64,000 nucleotides of DNA from the NCBI RefSeq assembly GCF_009914755.1, contig NC_060939.1; one strand, given 5' to 3'. The stretch is from the human T2T-CHM13v2.0 reference genome, Homo sapiens. Below, one piece after another: positions 13,603 to 29,467 of this stretch. The notes beneath the pieces were generated by a model. It was not told where the DNA came from and did no database searches. It saw only the letters and a program-made list of their open reading frames with translations. Position 1 is the stretch's first letter, and each line of letters begins with the position of its first letter. The translations under genes and the position numbers were made by a program.

Positions 13603-15197
13603 ATTAGCCCTGTAATCAGTGTGTCAGCCTATGAAATGTCTTGGCAACCCTTAGTGGTGTCATAGATCATGTACGAGGTGACATGGAGCAAGGTAGCTGA
13701 TGGCCTAGGGTCTGGAGCCCTCCTGTTTCTGGCTCAGCCAGTAGCCCTGGGGCCAGGCCATTATGACCTCTCAGAGGCATTGATGGCTTCTCTTGGAAAA
13801 GGAGAGGACTCATGGAGGACTGCCAAATTCCATTCTAGCATTAACATTCTGTGTTCAAGGAAATGCTTCCCGAGACTACCATGTGGTTTGGCACCTGACC
13901 CCTTCTCTGTTAAAAACTAGTCTAGTAGTGGGAGAAATGCTAAAAGAATAATAATTATTTTTATAATCCACATTAAAACAGTTATACATTAATAAAGTAG
14001 ACTTTGACTCACAGCTCAGGTTGCCCTTGGTTTTCAGTGCTCAGCCCCCACCTGCCCACCCATATACACACTCCATGACCCAAGGAAAATGAAAAGTTCT
14101 GTATTGTAAGCCCTCTATTCCCCATGCTTTGTTTGAAATCATTGAATGTTGTTCTGTTCAAATTCAAAATAGTGAACTAATCCCCAATATTTACAGCCTT
14201 CCACCCCCTAGCTTTCATCATTATGACAAGAGGAATACACAGACTTAGGCAGGGGTGGGGTCTGTCACGGAAGGAGCTGTCTAGAGGCTAGAAACATCAT
14301 GTAGATCATAGAGGTTATATTGCAGGTGGGTTCAGAGTTTCAAAGTCACGACCCAGTACAGGAGCTGCCTCCCTGAAGAGGAAGAAGAGCTCCCCTACCA
14401 TTACCCCCTTCTCTTTCCTCGCCAGCTGAGTCTCTTTAACCTTTAACGCTTCCTTAGGGGAAGGAGAGGGGAGGATCATTTCACTGGTGGTTGTCAACCT
14501 ACCCTGGACATAGGAAGGACCTGAGAAACAAAAAATACTGATGCCGGGTTCACCCTGGGCAGTGGGCTGTTTAGTGTGCCACCAAGTTGAGAACCACTGC
14601 CATAGGAAGGCAACAGGAAGCCACCTTGGTACAACCTGGGGAGCTCCGCTGATGAAGGCTCCTTAGAGTGCCCTGTTCCTTAGAGATATAGGCGCTACTC
14701 CATGAATTTCAAGCTGTCTAAACAACTATAATATAATCCTTCTCACAACAGGAATCTCCATTGCCCCAACTCTTGTCTTCCTCCTCCCATAATGCTGTCA
14801 CCTCTCTACCCCTCCCCAGGACAAAGGGGCATCTCATTTGGCCAGCCACAGAAATACCCCAACGTACCTATTCTCTTTACTTGGACCTAGAAGACTTAGT
14901 GGAGAAAGAACATAATCTCTAGCAGAACTTGTTCAATTCTCACTTGAAGTCTAGAGGGAGGAAAAAGTCTTATAACAGAAAAAGGAAATAAAAATGGAAA
15001 TCATCAAATAGGATGGCAAAAGTCACTTATTAAGAAAAAAAAAAACTCCTAAGATTAATCTTATTAATACTCAAAGAAAAAAAGTATGAACTAGTCAAAA
15101 TTGAAGTGAGATTTTTGTGAGAGAAATGTGTCATATTAATACTGAAATATACCTAGTTAAATGAATTCATGAGAATAGCAAGGAAATATTGAAATAG

Positions 15198-15538
<341 letters not shown>

Positions 15539-16114
15539 TGTTAACATTTATTATAAAGCCACAGTATTTAAAATGATATGGTACTGTTACCAAAATGAGT
15601 CAGTGGGACAAAATAGAAAAAATCCAAAAATAGATCTAAGTCCCATGATGATTAAATATATGATAAAGATAAAGGCAATACTTGAAATCACTGGAGAAAA
15701 TATGGATTATTTAAGTATGTTGTTATAACTGCATAAGCATTATTAAATATAATAGATATTTACCTCATTTTGCCAAAATCCAAATAGATTATAAAAGTTC
15801 TGATGTGAAAAAAATTAAATAAAAATACTAGAATAAAATTTAGTTGAGTCTTTATATAGGACTGTGGAGAATAAACCATGAATAGAAAGTTTGATTAGTT
15901 TGACTGCTTATACTCTTCAATTTGTGCATTCATGCCAAAACAAAATAGAAACCCCTTTCCCTGCCCCACTGCCAGCACAAACTTCAAAAACAAAATGAGA
16001 AAAAAGAAGAACAGATGATAAGTTGGGAATAATGTTTGTACCAGAAATGACAGATAAAGGGTAAATATGTGTAGTATAAAGGGACTTCTAAACATCTTAA
16101 GAAAAATAGTGATA

Positions 16115-16496
16115 TTAGGTTGGTGCAAAAGTAATTGCAGGTTTTGCCACTAAAAGTAATGGTAAAAATTGTGATTGCTTTTTTTTTTTTTTTTTTTTGA
16201 GATGGAGTCTTGCTCTGTCCCCCAGGCTGGAGTGCGGTGGCGCGATCTTGGCTCACTGCAACCTCCGCCTTCCGGGTTCACGCCATTCTCCTGCCTCAGC
16301 CTCTCCAAGTAGCTGGGACTACAGGTGCCCGCCACCACGCCCGGCTAATTTTTTTGTATTTTTAGTAGAGACAGGGTTTCACTGTGTTCTCGATCTCCTG
16401 AACTCGTGATCCGCCCGCCTCAGCCTCCCAAAGTGCTGGGATTACAAGCGTGAGCCACTGCGCCTGGCCACTGTGATTGCTTTTGCACCAACCTAA
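16115..16496. mobile_element. MADE1 (Hsmar1-derived MITE) split by an AluY
   Basis: TIRs ttaggttggtgcaaaagtaattg (16115) and ...ttttgcaccaacctaa (16496); TA on both flanks. Confidence 0.93.
16179..16469 (-). mobile_element. AluY with 12-bp left-arm deletion (AluYd-like)
   Basis: AluY-type cgccattctcctg and ctcgtgatccgccc; left arm reads gagatcgagaacacagtgaaaccc (12 nt short); TSD a[t/c]tgtgattgctttt. Confidence 0.85.
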
Positions 16497-17322
16497 TAGA
16501 AAAATAAATTGACACTAAATGTCAGATATCTTAGAAAGAATTCATGTTCTATGACCATGAAATCCTTTTCTTGGAATTTATCCTCAGAAATTAATAGTGC
16601 ACATTTGTAGATATTTATGTATAAGCTCTTTTTCCCAAAGAATTGTCTATAAAAGCCAAGGGGGAATAAAAGAGACAACAGAAAGAAATGAAGAAAAAGG
16701 AAGAGAAATCGAGAAAAACAGGGAGGGAGAAGGAAGAAAAGAATGAAGGAAGGAAGGAAAAGAAGAGATGAAAAGAAGAGAAGGAAGGAAAAGAAAGAAG
16801 AACCGTAAATGTCCAACAATAGGAGATTAGTTGAAGAAATGTTACATTGTGAGAGCTGACAGCTAGTCAGTAACTAAAATTGAAAGATATTCACCCTAGC
16901 TTGTACAAGAAGAATCTTTTATGAAAACAACTATATGTAAATATATGCACAAATATAATCATGAAGACATCTGGAATCTGAAAGCTAGCCCAGTTATCTC
17001 TGGGGTAATGGTTTACAGCTCTGACTTTTCTTTCTCCACTTTGCATACATGTATTTTTTGTTTACAATTAGCATGATTTTGTTTTGAAAAAAATGTTTTT
17101 GATGTTATTCTGGGACTAGATGTCAGTAAATATTCTTGTCTGTAAATTCTGGTCTGTAAATATTCTTGCCTTTCTTGTCCTGGTTTCTCTCCTCCCGGCC
17201 CTTGTCCTGCCCATTAACTAGGAAGATCTTGCTGACCACCAAGGTCCTCCCTACTACCCTCTCCCCAGAGCTCCTGAACCATGAGTGATACACACTTCAT
17301 ATTTGTTCTTTAAAAGATTTTT

Positions 17323-18215
<893 letters not shown>

Positions 18216-18672
18216 ATGTGTAACACAAACTCTGGACATACTTTCGTAACTGAAATGAATTCACACCAGTGTGCTCTCAGTGCGGTGTTCTGTGACATCC
18301 TTTGCTCTCTGACCAACTTAATGACTTTTGTATGTGTGCTCTCTTTATAATGTATTTTATATCACTTTAATTTGTATAAATGATTTTCTTGTCCTTGCTA
18401 CATGAAAATATTGTTTTCTTTTTTGCTTCCTGTCCTAAAAGTCATTGGTTAAATGTATTTGCTTCCTGTGGCTAAAAATAAGTCTCACCCATTGCAGTTA
18501 TGTCAACGAATGGCCTATATTCCTCAGCTGCAATGAAATGGTAACATTTGAAACTAAGAAATGCTAAATATTTTGTTTCTCGACATTCCTGATGACGTCT
18601 GGTCTTTTCTTTTCATTGTATTTTAAGCTTACCTGTGAATAGCCCAATAAACATGACACACTGTGTTGGCAA
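18216..18672 (+). other. SH3GL3: SH3GL3 3'UTR
   Basis: Between stop codon and poly(A) signal; U-rich; cleavage site approximate. Confidence 0.8.
18646..18651 (+). terminator. SH3GL3: Polyadenylation signal AATAAA of SH3GL3
   Basis: cccAATAAAcatg followed by a GU/U-rich downstream element (ttggttatttttaatgttgaattgttgatttt, ~18679-18711). Confidence 0.85.
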
Positions 18673-19177
18673 AAGGCCTTGGTTATTTTTAATGTTGAAT
18701 TGTTGATTTTTAAGCACAGTCTTCCAGCTGCAAACTCACACCCCATGGCCAACCGAAGTGTCACAGCGCAGATGCTTAGATGATGCCTCCTGATGGGAGC
18801 CTTCGCTTTCCACCTGATTCAAACATGACACGAATCCTCCTTCCAGCTGGGGGATGGAAAGCCCTTCTACTTACCTTCAAGTTTATTTATAAAAGACCCC
18901 AAATCAAGCTTCTGCTGCTGCCATATTTTGGATAGGTTTTTCAGAAAGTTGTGTTATGGGTGCTCAGGAAGTAGTGTGGTCAAGAGTTGATTGAGTCCCC
19001 AATAACATCCTCTTAGGCTCAGTGAACCAGCCCCTGGCCTTGCCTACAGTACGCACTAGTTACATGCTTTGGCCCACTGGAGTCTACAATCCTATTATGT
19101 GAAGGGGCAGGTATTATTTCCCATTTGAAAAGAAGGAGCCTCATTGACTGACTTACCTAGGATCAAACGACCACATA

Positions 19178-21685
19178 CAGACACACCTCAGAGATATTGC
19201 AGGTTCTGTTCCTGGCTACTTACTGCAATAAAGCAAATATTGCAATAAAACAAGTCACACAAATTCTGGGGGTTTCCCAGTGTATAGAAAAGTTGTGCTT
19301 ACACATAGACACGAGGAGGGGAACAACACACACTGGGGCCTGTTGCTGGGGGAGGGGAGGAGGGAGAGCATCAGGAACATAGCTAATGCGTGTCGGGCTT
19401 AATACCTAGGCGATGGGTTGGTAGGTGCAGCAAATCACAGTGGCACACATTTACCTATGTAACAAACCTGCACATCCTGCACATGTACCCTGGTACTTAA
19501 GAAGAGTTGTGTTTACACTATGCTGTAGTCTATTAAATGGGTAGGAGCATATGTCTTAAAAAAACAAACTACACACCTTAATTTAAAATACTTTACTACT
19601 AAAAAATGCTAATGATTATCTGAGCCTTCAGCAAGGGGTAATATTTTTGCTGCTGGAAGTTCTTGATATTGATAGCCACTGACTGATCAGGGTGGGGTTG
19701 CTGAAGGTTGGGGTGTCTGTGGCAATTTCTTAAAATAAGACAACACTGAAGTTTGCTGTATGGGTTGACTCTTCCTTTCACAAAAGATTTCTCTGTCACA
19801 TGCAATGCTGCTTGATAGCATTTTACACACAGAACTTCTTTCAAAATTTGAGTCAGTCCTCTCATCCTACCACTGCTTTATCAAGTTTATGTAATATTCT
19901 AAATCCTTTGTTGCCATTACAATAATGTTCACAGCATCTTCACCAAGAGTAGATTCTATCTCAAGAAATCATTTTCTTTGTTCAACTGTAAGAAGCAATT
20001 CCTCATCTATTCAAGCTTTTTTACGAGATTGCAGGAATTCAGTCACATCTTCAGTCTCCACTTCTAATTCTAGTTCTCCTGTTATTTCCACCACATCTGC
20101 AATTACTTTCTCCACTGAAGTCTTAAGCCCTTCAAAGTCATCCAAGAGGGTTGAAATCAACTTATTCTAAACTCCTGTTAATGTTGATATTTTGACTTCC
20201 TCCCATGAATCACAAATGTTCTTAAAGGCATCTAGAATACTGAGTCCTTTCCAGAAGGTTTTCACTTTACTTTGCCCAGATCCATCAATAGAATCACTAG
20301 TTATGGTAGCTGTAGCCTTACAAGATGTATTTCTTGAGTAATAGACTTGAAAATAGAAATTACTTCTTGATCCATGGGCTGAAGAATGGATGTTATGTTA
20401 GTAGGCATGAAAACAACATTCATCTCCTTGCATATCTCTATCAGAGCTCCTGGATGACAAGGTGCATTGTTAGCAGAGATATTGTGAAAGGAATCTTTTT
20501 CTCTGAACGGTAGATCTCAACAGTAGGCTTAAAATATTTAGTAAGCCATGCTATAAACAGACATACTGTCATCCAGGCTTTGTTCCATTTATAGAGCACA
20601 AGCAGAGCAGATTTAGCATCATTCTTAAGGACCCTAAAATTTTTGGAATGGTCAGTGCGCATTGGCTTCAATTTAAAGTCACTAGTTGTATTAACGCCTA
20701 ACAGGTTAATCTGTCCTTTGAAGCATTGAAGCCAGAGATTGACTTCTCTAACTAGGAAAGTCACAGATGACATCTTCCCATGTAAGGCTATAGTTTACAT
20801 TGAAAATCTGTTGTTTAGTTTAGCCAGCTTCATCAATAATCTTAGCTAGATCTTCTGGATAACTTACTTCTCCATCAGCACCTGCTGCTTCACCTTGCAC
20901 ATTTATGTTATGGAGGTGGCTTCTTAAACCTCATGAACCCACCCCTGCTAGCCTCAGACTTTTCTTAATGCAGCTTTCTCACCTCTCTCAACTCTGGATT
21001 AGGCTTTGGCTTCAGGTAATGCGGCTGGTTGATCATCAGACCACTCAAACTTTCTTCATATCAGCAAGAAATCTGCTTCACTTTCTTATCATTCATGTAT
21101 TCACTGGAGCAGCACTTTTAATTTCCTTCAAGGACTTTTTCTTTGCATTCACGACTTAGCTAACTGAGGCAAGAGGCCTAACTTTCAGCCTACCCTGGCT
21201 TTCAATAAGCCTCCCTCACTAAGCTTAATCATTTCTAGCTTCTGATTTAAAGTGAGAGACCTGTGACTCTTCTTTCACTTGAACACTTAGAGGCCATTGT
21301 AGGGTTACTAATTGGCCTAATTTCAATATTGTTGTATCTCAGGAAATAGGGAAGCCTGAGGGGGGAATGGCCAGGCAGTGGAGCAGTCAAAACACACACA
21401 ACATTTATCAGTCAGGTTCACCATCTTATATAGGCATTGTTTGTGGTGCCCCAAAACAGTTAAAATAGTAACATCAAAGATCACTGATCACAGATTAACA
21501 TAACCGATATGATAATGAAAAAGTTTAATATATTGTAAGAATTACCAAAGTGTGACAGAGACAGAAAGCACATGCTGTTGAAAAAATAACGCCGATAAAA
21601 ACGGTTACCGCAAACCTTCGAAGAGTTTACAAACCTTTCTAAAAATCACTATACCTGTGAAGTGCAATGAAAAGACGTAACCCTG
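19178..21685 (-). mobile_element. Near-full-length Tigger1 DNA transposon with decayed transposase
   Basis: Terminus ta|cagacacacctcagagatattgcagg; minus ORF 20441-20773 LLGVNTTSDFKLKPM...LYKWNKAWMT...YFKPTVEIYRSEKKIPF is Tigger1/TIGD1-type transposase; inserted into a MIR. Confidence 0.93.
19305..19502 (+). mobile_element. ~200-bp L1PA 3' end inserted into Tigger1
   Basis: ttaatacctaggcgatgggttg...aacaaacctgcacatcctgcacatgtaccc; TSD aaagttgtgcttacac (19289-19304) / agagttgtgtttacac (19503-19518). Confidence 0.9.
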
Positions 21686-21979
21686 TTGTGGCAGAGGCAG
21701 AGTTTGAAATCAGATTGCTGTACCTCACTGCACACTTAAGTGTTCACCCAAGTCACTTGGAAAGGCACTGCTGATCACTGACTTTTGTAACAAATGCCCG
21801 GAAGCCAGACTGATCACCTAAATCAGGTAACCTAAGCCAGGTTCCCCAGTCTTCTGATTCCACGGTACATCACTAAATTCACAACAATATGTTTTCCCTC
21901 CAGCCAGCTATACACACACACACACACCACTTCTCCAGAACAGTTTTACATTCAGTGTCTGTAATCAAATAATGATAAT

Positions 21980-22200
21980 AATAATGGCTAACTCTTGTGT
22001 GCTTACTATGTGCCAGGTGCTGTTCCAAACATTTTACCTGAATAAACCCATTTAATTCTCATTAACGATCCTCTGAGGCAGACCTTATGCCCGTTTTTCA
22101 GATAAGGGAACAGAGATGCCATAACACTGAGTAACTTGTCCACAGTCATACAGTTAATCAAGTGGCAGAGCTAGGATTCTAATCCAGTCTCCCTCCCATG
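21980..22200. mobile_element. MIR
   Basis: cttactatgtgccaggtgctg...ttttcagataagggaacagag...agtaacttgtccacagtcatacag. Confidence 0.75.
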
Positions 22201-23472
22201 CCCACAGTCTTTGCTTTTCTGCTTTACTACATCCCACAATGTGTCTGTTCATGTATATTCACAAAGCAGCCCTTTTCCATCCTCCATCAGCTTTCATTCT
22301 CTAGATGTCACATTAGGAATTTACCAAAGGGCATCAGAACTGCAGACTATTCTCAATGCCCATAATATGCTTAGCTGTCTTGTTTGGTTAATACATAGTA
22401 AGTGAAGTTTATTGGGAGCTATAGATTCAACTTTAATGATAACAACAACAAAAAGGTTCAGCAATTTACATCGGATTACTGACATGGAATTGAAATGAGA
22501 CTTGTGTCTGTTGACAGATAGCTGCCAAGGAGGAGATGCAAGGATCATGACCTGGCAGTGAGTTGAAATGGAAGTGTTTGTATGTACAGTGTTTCTTCCC
22601 TGGCTTGTGGCCTCAGCTATAGGGCAGGATGTTGTCTCTACAGAGTCTGCATCCAGATAGTGTCTCACACATGCTCAGGGAAAAATTGGGCCAGTTGCAA
22701 CATGGCAGTAGCCACTGTCTTCCCTTCACCTGGCTCTAGTACTCCTAATTCCGTTATACCCTTGCACATCACTTCTTCTGGCATCGCCTCTCCTACTGGC
22801 CTCCTCTCCCTTCTGTTGGGCACAGACTGATGGTGCCCACAGGGCATTTCTCCCGAGGCAATGGAGACTTTGACCATCAAAGCGACACCATATTCTGTTG
22901 GGAAGTGCAGAACGCCCCTCCTGCTGCCTGCATTGCTTCCTGGAGATGGGATCCTAAAGCAAGTTTGTTTATCCTCTGCTATTTCCCCCAGACTAATAAC
23001 AAATAATTCTATCAGTTCTGCCTTAAAAATGTCCTCAATATAGGTTTCAAGTGTGAGTCCAGATAGAAGCTAGACCAGAAAATGAATATGGAGGTAGATA
23101 CCACCAAACCTTAACCCTTCTCTCATAAGATCGTGCTACTGTTTCAATTATGTATTGCCACATAATGCTGTGTAAAAGCCACCCCCCAAATCAGTGACTT
23201 AACATATAATACATATTTACTCAGCTCACAAGTCTGCAAGTTGGTGATGTAGTCTGGGTAGCTCTTCAGGTCTCAGCTGGGCTCACTCACGGGACTGGGG
23301 GATAGTTGGCTGTTGGTTGGGGCTGCACAGGTCTGGAGGTTGGCTGGGCTGACTCAGTTCTGCTCCACATTCTCCCTCCAGCAGGCTAGCCTGGGCATGG
23401 TTTCATGGCGAAGGCAGAGCTGCAGGAGCACAGGTGGAAAGGCCAAAATGCTTTCTCAAGTCCCTGTTGACT

Positions 23473-23537
23473 ATCTCACAGGCTGGGCCTGCTACCATCT
23501 CACAGGCTGCGCCTGCTACCATCTCGCAGGCTGGGCC
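23473..23537. repeat. 24-bp tandem repeat x2.7 within an MLT-like LTR
   Basis: atctcacaggctgggcctgctacc units at 23473, 23497, 23521. Confidence 0.9.
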
Positions 23538-23725
23538 CAGCATCGGAGTGGGAGGGTTTTTCAGCATTACATGGTAAAGGGTAAAGAAGTAGGGATATTA
23601 ATGTATTGCAGTTCTAATATGAATAGCCATTAGCTATTCTTCCATCAAGCTTATCGCTCTGGCTTCCTCTTCCTTGAGGATATGTTCTTTTCTTCTGAGG
23701 TTCCTGTCCCTCAAACAAATAGGCT

Positions 23726-23997
23726 TTTTTTTTGAGATGGAGTTTTGATCTTGTCACCCAGGCTGGAGTGCAATGGCACAGTCTTGGCTCACTGCAACCT
23801 CCGCTTCCTGGGCTCAAGTGATTCTCCTGCCTCAGCCACCTGAGTAGCTGGGATTACACGTGCCCACCACCACACCCAGCTAATTTTTTGTATTTTTAGT
23901 GGAGACGGGGTTTCACCATGTTGGCCAGGCTGGTCTCGAACTCCTGACCTCAGGTGATCCGCCCACCTCGGCCTCCCAAAGTGCTGGGATTACAGGC
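23726..23997 (-). mobile_element. AluS, ~20 nt 5'-truncated
   Basis: TSD caaataggct at 23716-23725 and 23998-24007. Confidence 0.92.
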
Positions 23998-24645
23998 CAA
24001 ATAGGCTCCTGACAGGCACATCTTCCAAATCTACATATGTTGCCGGATGTGTTTGACCCTCAGTGTGGGCACTGCTTAGCTTCAAATTGGTATCTAATCC
24101 CTCAGCTTTGCACCCTCTTCTTCAATTCTCCTCTCTTGTTTTGCTATAGAGGCAAATAGATTGGGTCCCAGTAGACTCACCCAGTGTCTGTCCTAATGAG
24201 ACTATGCCTGGCCCCAGTGTATAACTGGGTTTCATTCAAATCTCCCCCTACGGCACCGAGCAGGGCTAGCTACAGATCTGACCAATGAGCAACACCAGGG
24301 TTCAGCTCAAGGGGCTGATAGGGAGAGTGTGATCCTACTTGACGCAGGTGAAAGCGCAAAGAGCAGGAAGCGGGGATGAAAACCTATTCATATGAGAAAC
24401 AACAAGAGACGAGCTAACGGGGACAAATATTAACATCAAGGTGAGTTGCAGAGGGCAGAAGCAGGACCATTAAAGAGATGTCAGAGCATAGAGTCAGGGG
24501 ACTGATTGAGGACAAGTACAATGAAGTGGGTCTAGTGTTTTAAGATGCTGAATTACTGGGCCTTTGACATAAAGATTCCTCTCTGCTTCAGAGGTAAGCC
24601 AAGGGCAGGGGTCTAGGAATAAAATATCTGGGATGTTAAGGCTCC

Positions 24646-25096
24646 TTGGGAGGCCAGGACTTTGAGACCAGGCTGGGCAACATTGTGAGATCCCATCCCT
24701 ACAAAAAAGTTAAAAATTAGCCAGGCATGGTGGTGTGCAAGCAACAGTTGTTCTAACTTCTGGGATTGCTCTGGGACCAAGGAACCCTGGGAACCTTTGG
24801 ACTTGGAGTGATTCAGGCCCGAAGTGTTCCTTTTAGGAGCCGCTTTTCATCTCCCACTCCACCTGAAGGAAGGATTTGTTATGTTCACTTCCTTAAGAAG
24901 AGAGCACCAGGCCAGGCACGGTGGCTTATGCCTGTAATCCTAGCACTTTGGGAGGCTGAGGCGGGTGGATTGTGAGGTCAGGAGTTCAAGACCAGCCTGG
25001 CCAAGATGGTGAAACCCCATCTCTACTAAAAATACAAAAATTAGCCGGGCATGGTGGCACACGCCTGTACTCCCAGCTACTTGGGAGGCTGAGGCA
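24646..25096 (+). mobile_element. Two partial Alus (24646-24740 and 24910-25096)
   Basis: Alu left-arm sequences lacking complete right arms and tails. Confidence 0.85.
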
Positions 25097-25698
25097 GCAC
25101 ATTCCCAGAGAAGCTGTGTTATTTACTTTATATGCATTTTCTTGTTTAATGTTCCTACTAACACTGTAAGTCAGGTTGTAATGTTTTTATTTGCAGGTGA
25201 AGAAATTGAGGCTTAGAGATGTTAAGCAACTTGATGAATATCAGAACTGTGCTCTGAAGGCCGTGCTATTTCTGTACCACTTTATCACTCTGTCATATTT
25301 ACCTTTTTATGGTGTCTGTCCTGCATGTAACTTCTACTTTACCCACTGTAGAGGGAAACTATCAGCCACATTGTACACTGTGGCCCTACCCCACTGGCCA
25401 CAGCTAATTGGACCAAGGACATGCAGCCAAACCAGAGAAGGCCAGTCAAATTCTTCCCCGGGAATTTAGAATTTTCCTTTCGCTGTTGTGGTTATATAAT
25501 CATTCCAAGTTTGATTCCAGCATTTTTTCCCTCTGTTCTCTTTTACCTAGCTACCTAAATTTCAATTTTATATGTTATTTTTATAGCTTATCTACTGTTA
25601 TTTTTTATTTTAAGTCATTTTATTGGGATTTTATCCATTTTTTTCTCCTCTTTAGGTATACGTAATGACTAATTTTAGCCTTTATTTCTATCACTTAA

Positions 25699-26075
<377 letters not shown>

Positions 26076-27045
26076 TAAACACTGTGTGACTTTCACTTTT
26101 TTTCTTACCATTAAGAGGTCCCAGATTTTTCTTCTAAAGAGCTCCACTACCACAAGACTCCTGCTTCTCCCCATCTCCCACTAACTCTATCCCAGAGCAC
26201 AAGAAGTAACAATCTGATTCAGTGGTTTAGAAAGAGCATCACATGCCAGCCAGTCACTTCCTCTCCTCTTCTTCTCTAGCTGCAGAGCTCATGTTCTGAA
26301 TCACTCCTGACCACGCCATGACTTTAGTGATAAAGATTCTGCTCTGTGGGTGAAGCCAGGGGTGGTCTGAAGCCTTTTATGACTGGGTAGGTAAGTCTGC
26401 CTGTTTCTGAGCTTCAGAATACAGAAGCCCCTTTGCCTAGAGATCTGAGTCACATTTTCCAGTGTTGGCTTCTCCAGGAGTAAGATGATATTTTGGTTTC
26501 CAGATTTCTTATCTTTTGCCTTACTTCTCAGTTGGTTCTTAATTGGGGCCTTGTTAAATGTTAACGACTGGCATGTTTGTGCAGAAACTTTGACAATGAA
26601 GTAGGAGGGAATTCAGGGATTAGAGTAGCACTTGGTAGAGGCTCACAGTGGGACTAGGGCATGTGTTTTTGGACATTAGCATGTGGCACTTGTCTCTTTG
26701 TCCTTGACAGCTTTCTGTAATTTCCATTAAGGCCCACTTTGGAATAGCTTCTGTGTTCAGCTGTCAAACATGATACAAGTTGAGCAATTTTTACTCCCGC
26801 TATTGTGTTTTGTCAGTTAGGCCCATCAACAATTAGGGTATTTTTCTCCTCTGGATGATAAACACTGATTTTTATCCAGGTCTAAGGCAGGTTGATCCAG
26901 AAATATCATGACCTTTCCGTATCAACATTCCCTCTGTGGCTCTAATTCTCCCACATACTAATTATACTTATCAGTCCTGAAGATGCAGATTATAGCTTTA
27001 CCTATAGAAATGTGGTGGACTTTATTATCAGATAAGAAGAAAAGG

Positions 27046-27362
<317 letters not shown>

Positions 27363-28330
27363 CTACTTAACTAGTAAAAAGGCTGTATTTCATATGTCCT
27401 AGTGTTGGAAATTAGGGTGACCCAAAAACTATTCAAGGATCTAAAGTAGAGACAGAAGCACTGCAGAATAGTTTAAATGGTTTCGATGAGTGGTTCTCAG
27501 ATCTCCCTGTTCATTAGAATCTAGACAACTTTTTTTTTATGGTATGTCTGGTCCTAACCCCTACATTTTGATTGAATTTACTGGGGATAGGCTAGGGCCT
27601 TGGGCCTTGATATGTTTTTAAAGCCCCCAAATGATCCTAAGGTACATCCATGATTGAGAAAAAGTCTTTAGATAAACAGAGAATGGTGCCTTAGGCAATA
27701 TTGGGCGATAAAATAGGGAAGTACTGACTGTGAGTGTCTTGTTCCAATAAAGCCACCCCTCTTTTTCATCTGAGTTTGAAACAAACTGAGGCATAAAACA
27801 AGGATTAGAACAAATGACAGCCAATATATGATCTGAGCTGTAAAATGTTAAGTTATAGTATGCTACTTAGGATGAGGGCCTATAGAATCTACTAAATGAA
27901 CCCCAAAGTAATCAGATATACCTACCTATTCCAAAAATAGCTGAACTACCACAACCTCTTGCTACAGGGACAGAGCCTATAACATTGAGCTTACCACAGG
28001 GTTCAGGGCACTCAAACACACATTTTCTGCAGGCTGCCCAGCTTCTAAGTGGGAGAGGGGGCTGTGATACACATGCCCAGTTTCTAAGCCAACTCACAAG
28101 TCAGGTAATTCCATCCACCTATCCAACTAGCCAGAAATGTTTAGAGAAAATCCCTCCTTATAGAAACTAGAAGAATGGGAAGAGGTATTTCTCTAATTCT
28201 GGAGAATGAAGATGAGGAACATATAACACTTCAGAGAAGACTCAAGTTTTCAGAGGCCAAAATACACCTATATGAAAGGGAAAAAGGACTATATATAAGA
28301 CATATTCTTTATAACTGCTTTTTAAGTTTA

Positions 28331-28700
<370 letters not shown>

Positions 28701-29467
28701 AAAGCAAGAAATAAAACTGTGTTTATGTGCAGAAAACAAGAGAGAATATGTAGAAAATCCCAAGAATCTGTAAAAAAAAACAACCAAAAAACTAATAGAA
28801 CTTATAAGCAAATTTACCAAGGTCATGGGATAGAAAGTCAACATACAAAAATCAATTATGTTTCTATGTACCAGGAACAATTATTAAATATAGCATTTAA
28901 TATTAAAACTATAAAAAGCAGTGCCATTTACAATGCCTTCAGAAAGTACAAAATACTTATAAAGTATTTTAACAAAAGATATGCAAGACTTTTATACTGA
29001 AAACTACAAAACATTGTATGTAAAAAATAAAGACCTAAATAAATGGAGTTATACCATATATTGTTAAACTATCCATTCGTGCTAAATTGATATATACATT
29101 CAATGTAATTCAAATAAAAATCCCAGCAGGGCTTTTTGTCAAAATTGACCAGCTTATTCTAAAATTATACAGAAATCCAAAAGTCCTAGAATAGCCAAAA
29201 CAAAGAGAAGAACAAAGTTGGACAACTTATACTATCTGATGTGTAAAATAGAGTCATCAAATCACTGTGGAATTAGCATTATGTTACATAGTTCAGTGGA
29301 ACCAAAGAGTCTAGAAATAGACTTACATGTAAAAGCATGGTCAATTTATTTCCAACAAAGGTACTGAGGTAATTCAGTGGGGAAATAAAAGTTGTTTTCT
29401 GCAAACTAAAAATAAACCTTGACCTTTACTTCACACCATACATAAAAATTATTTCAAAACGTATCAT

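Noticed and set aside
20441-20773. Transposase ORF as a possible domesticated TIGD gene
   Set aside because: Fragmented by stops and frameshifts within an ordinary Tigger1 copy.
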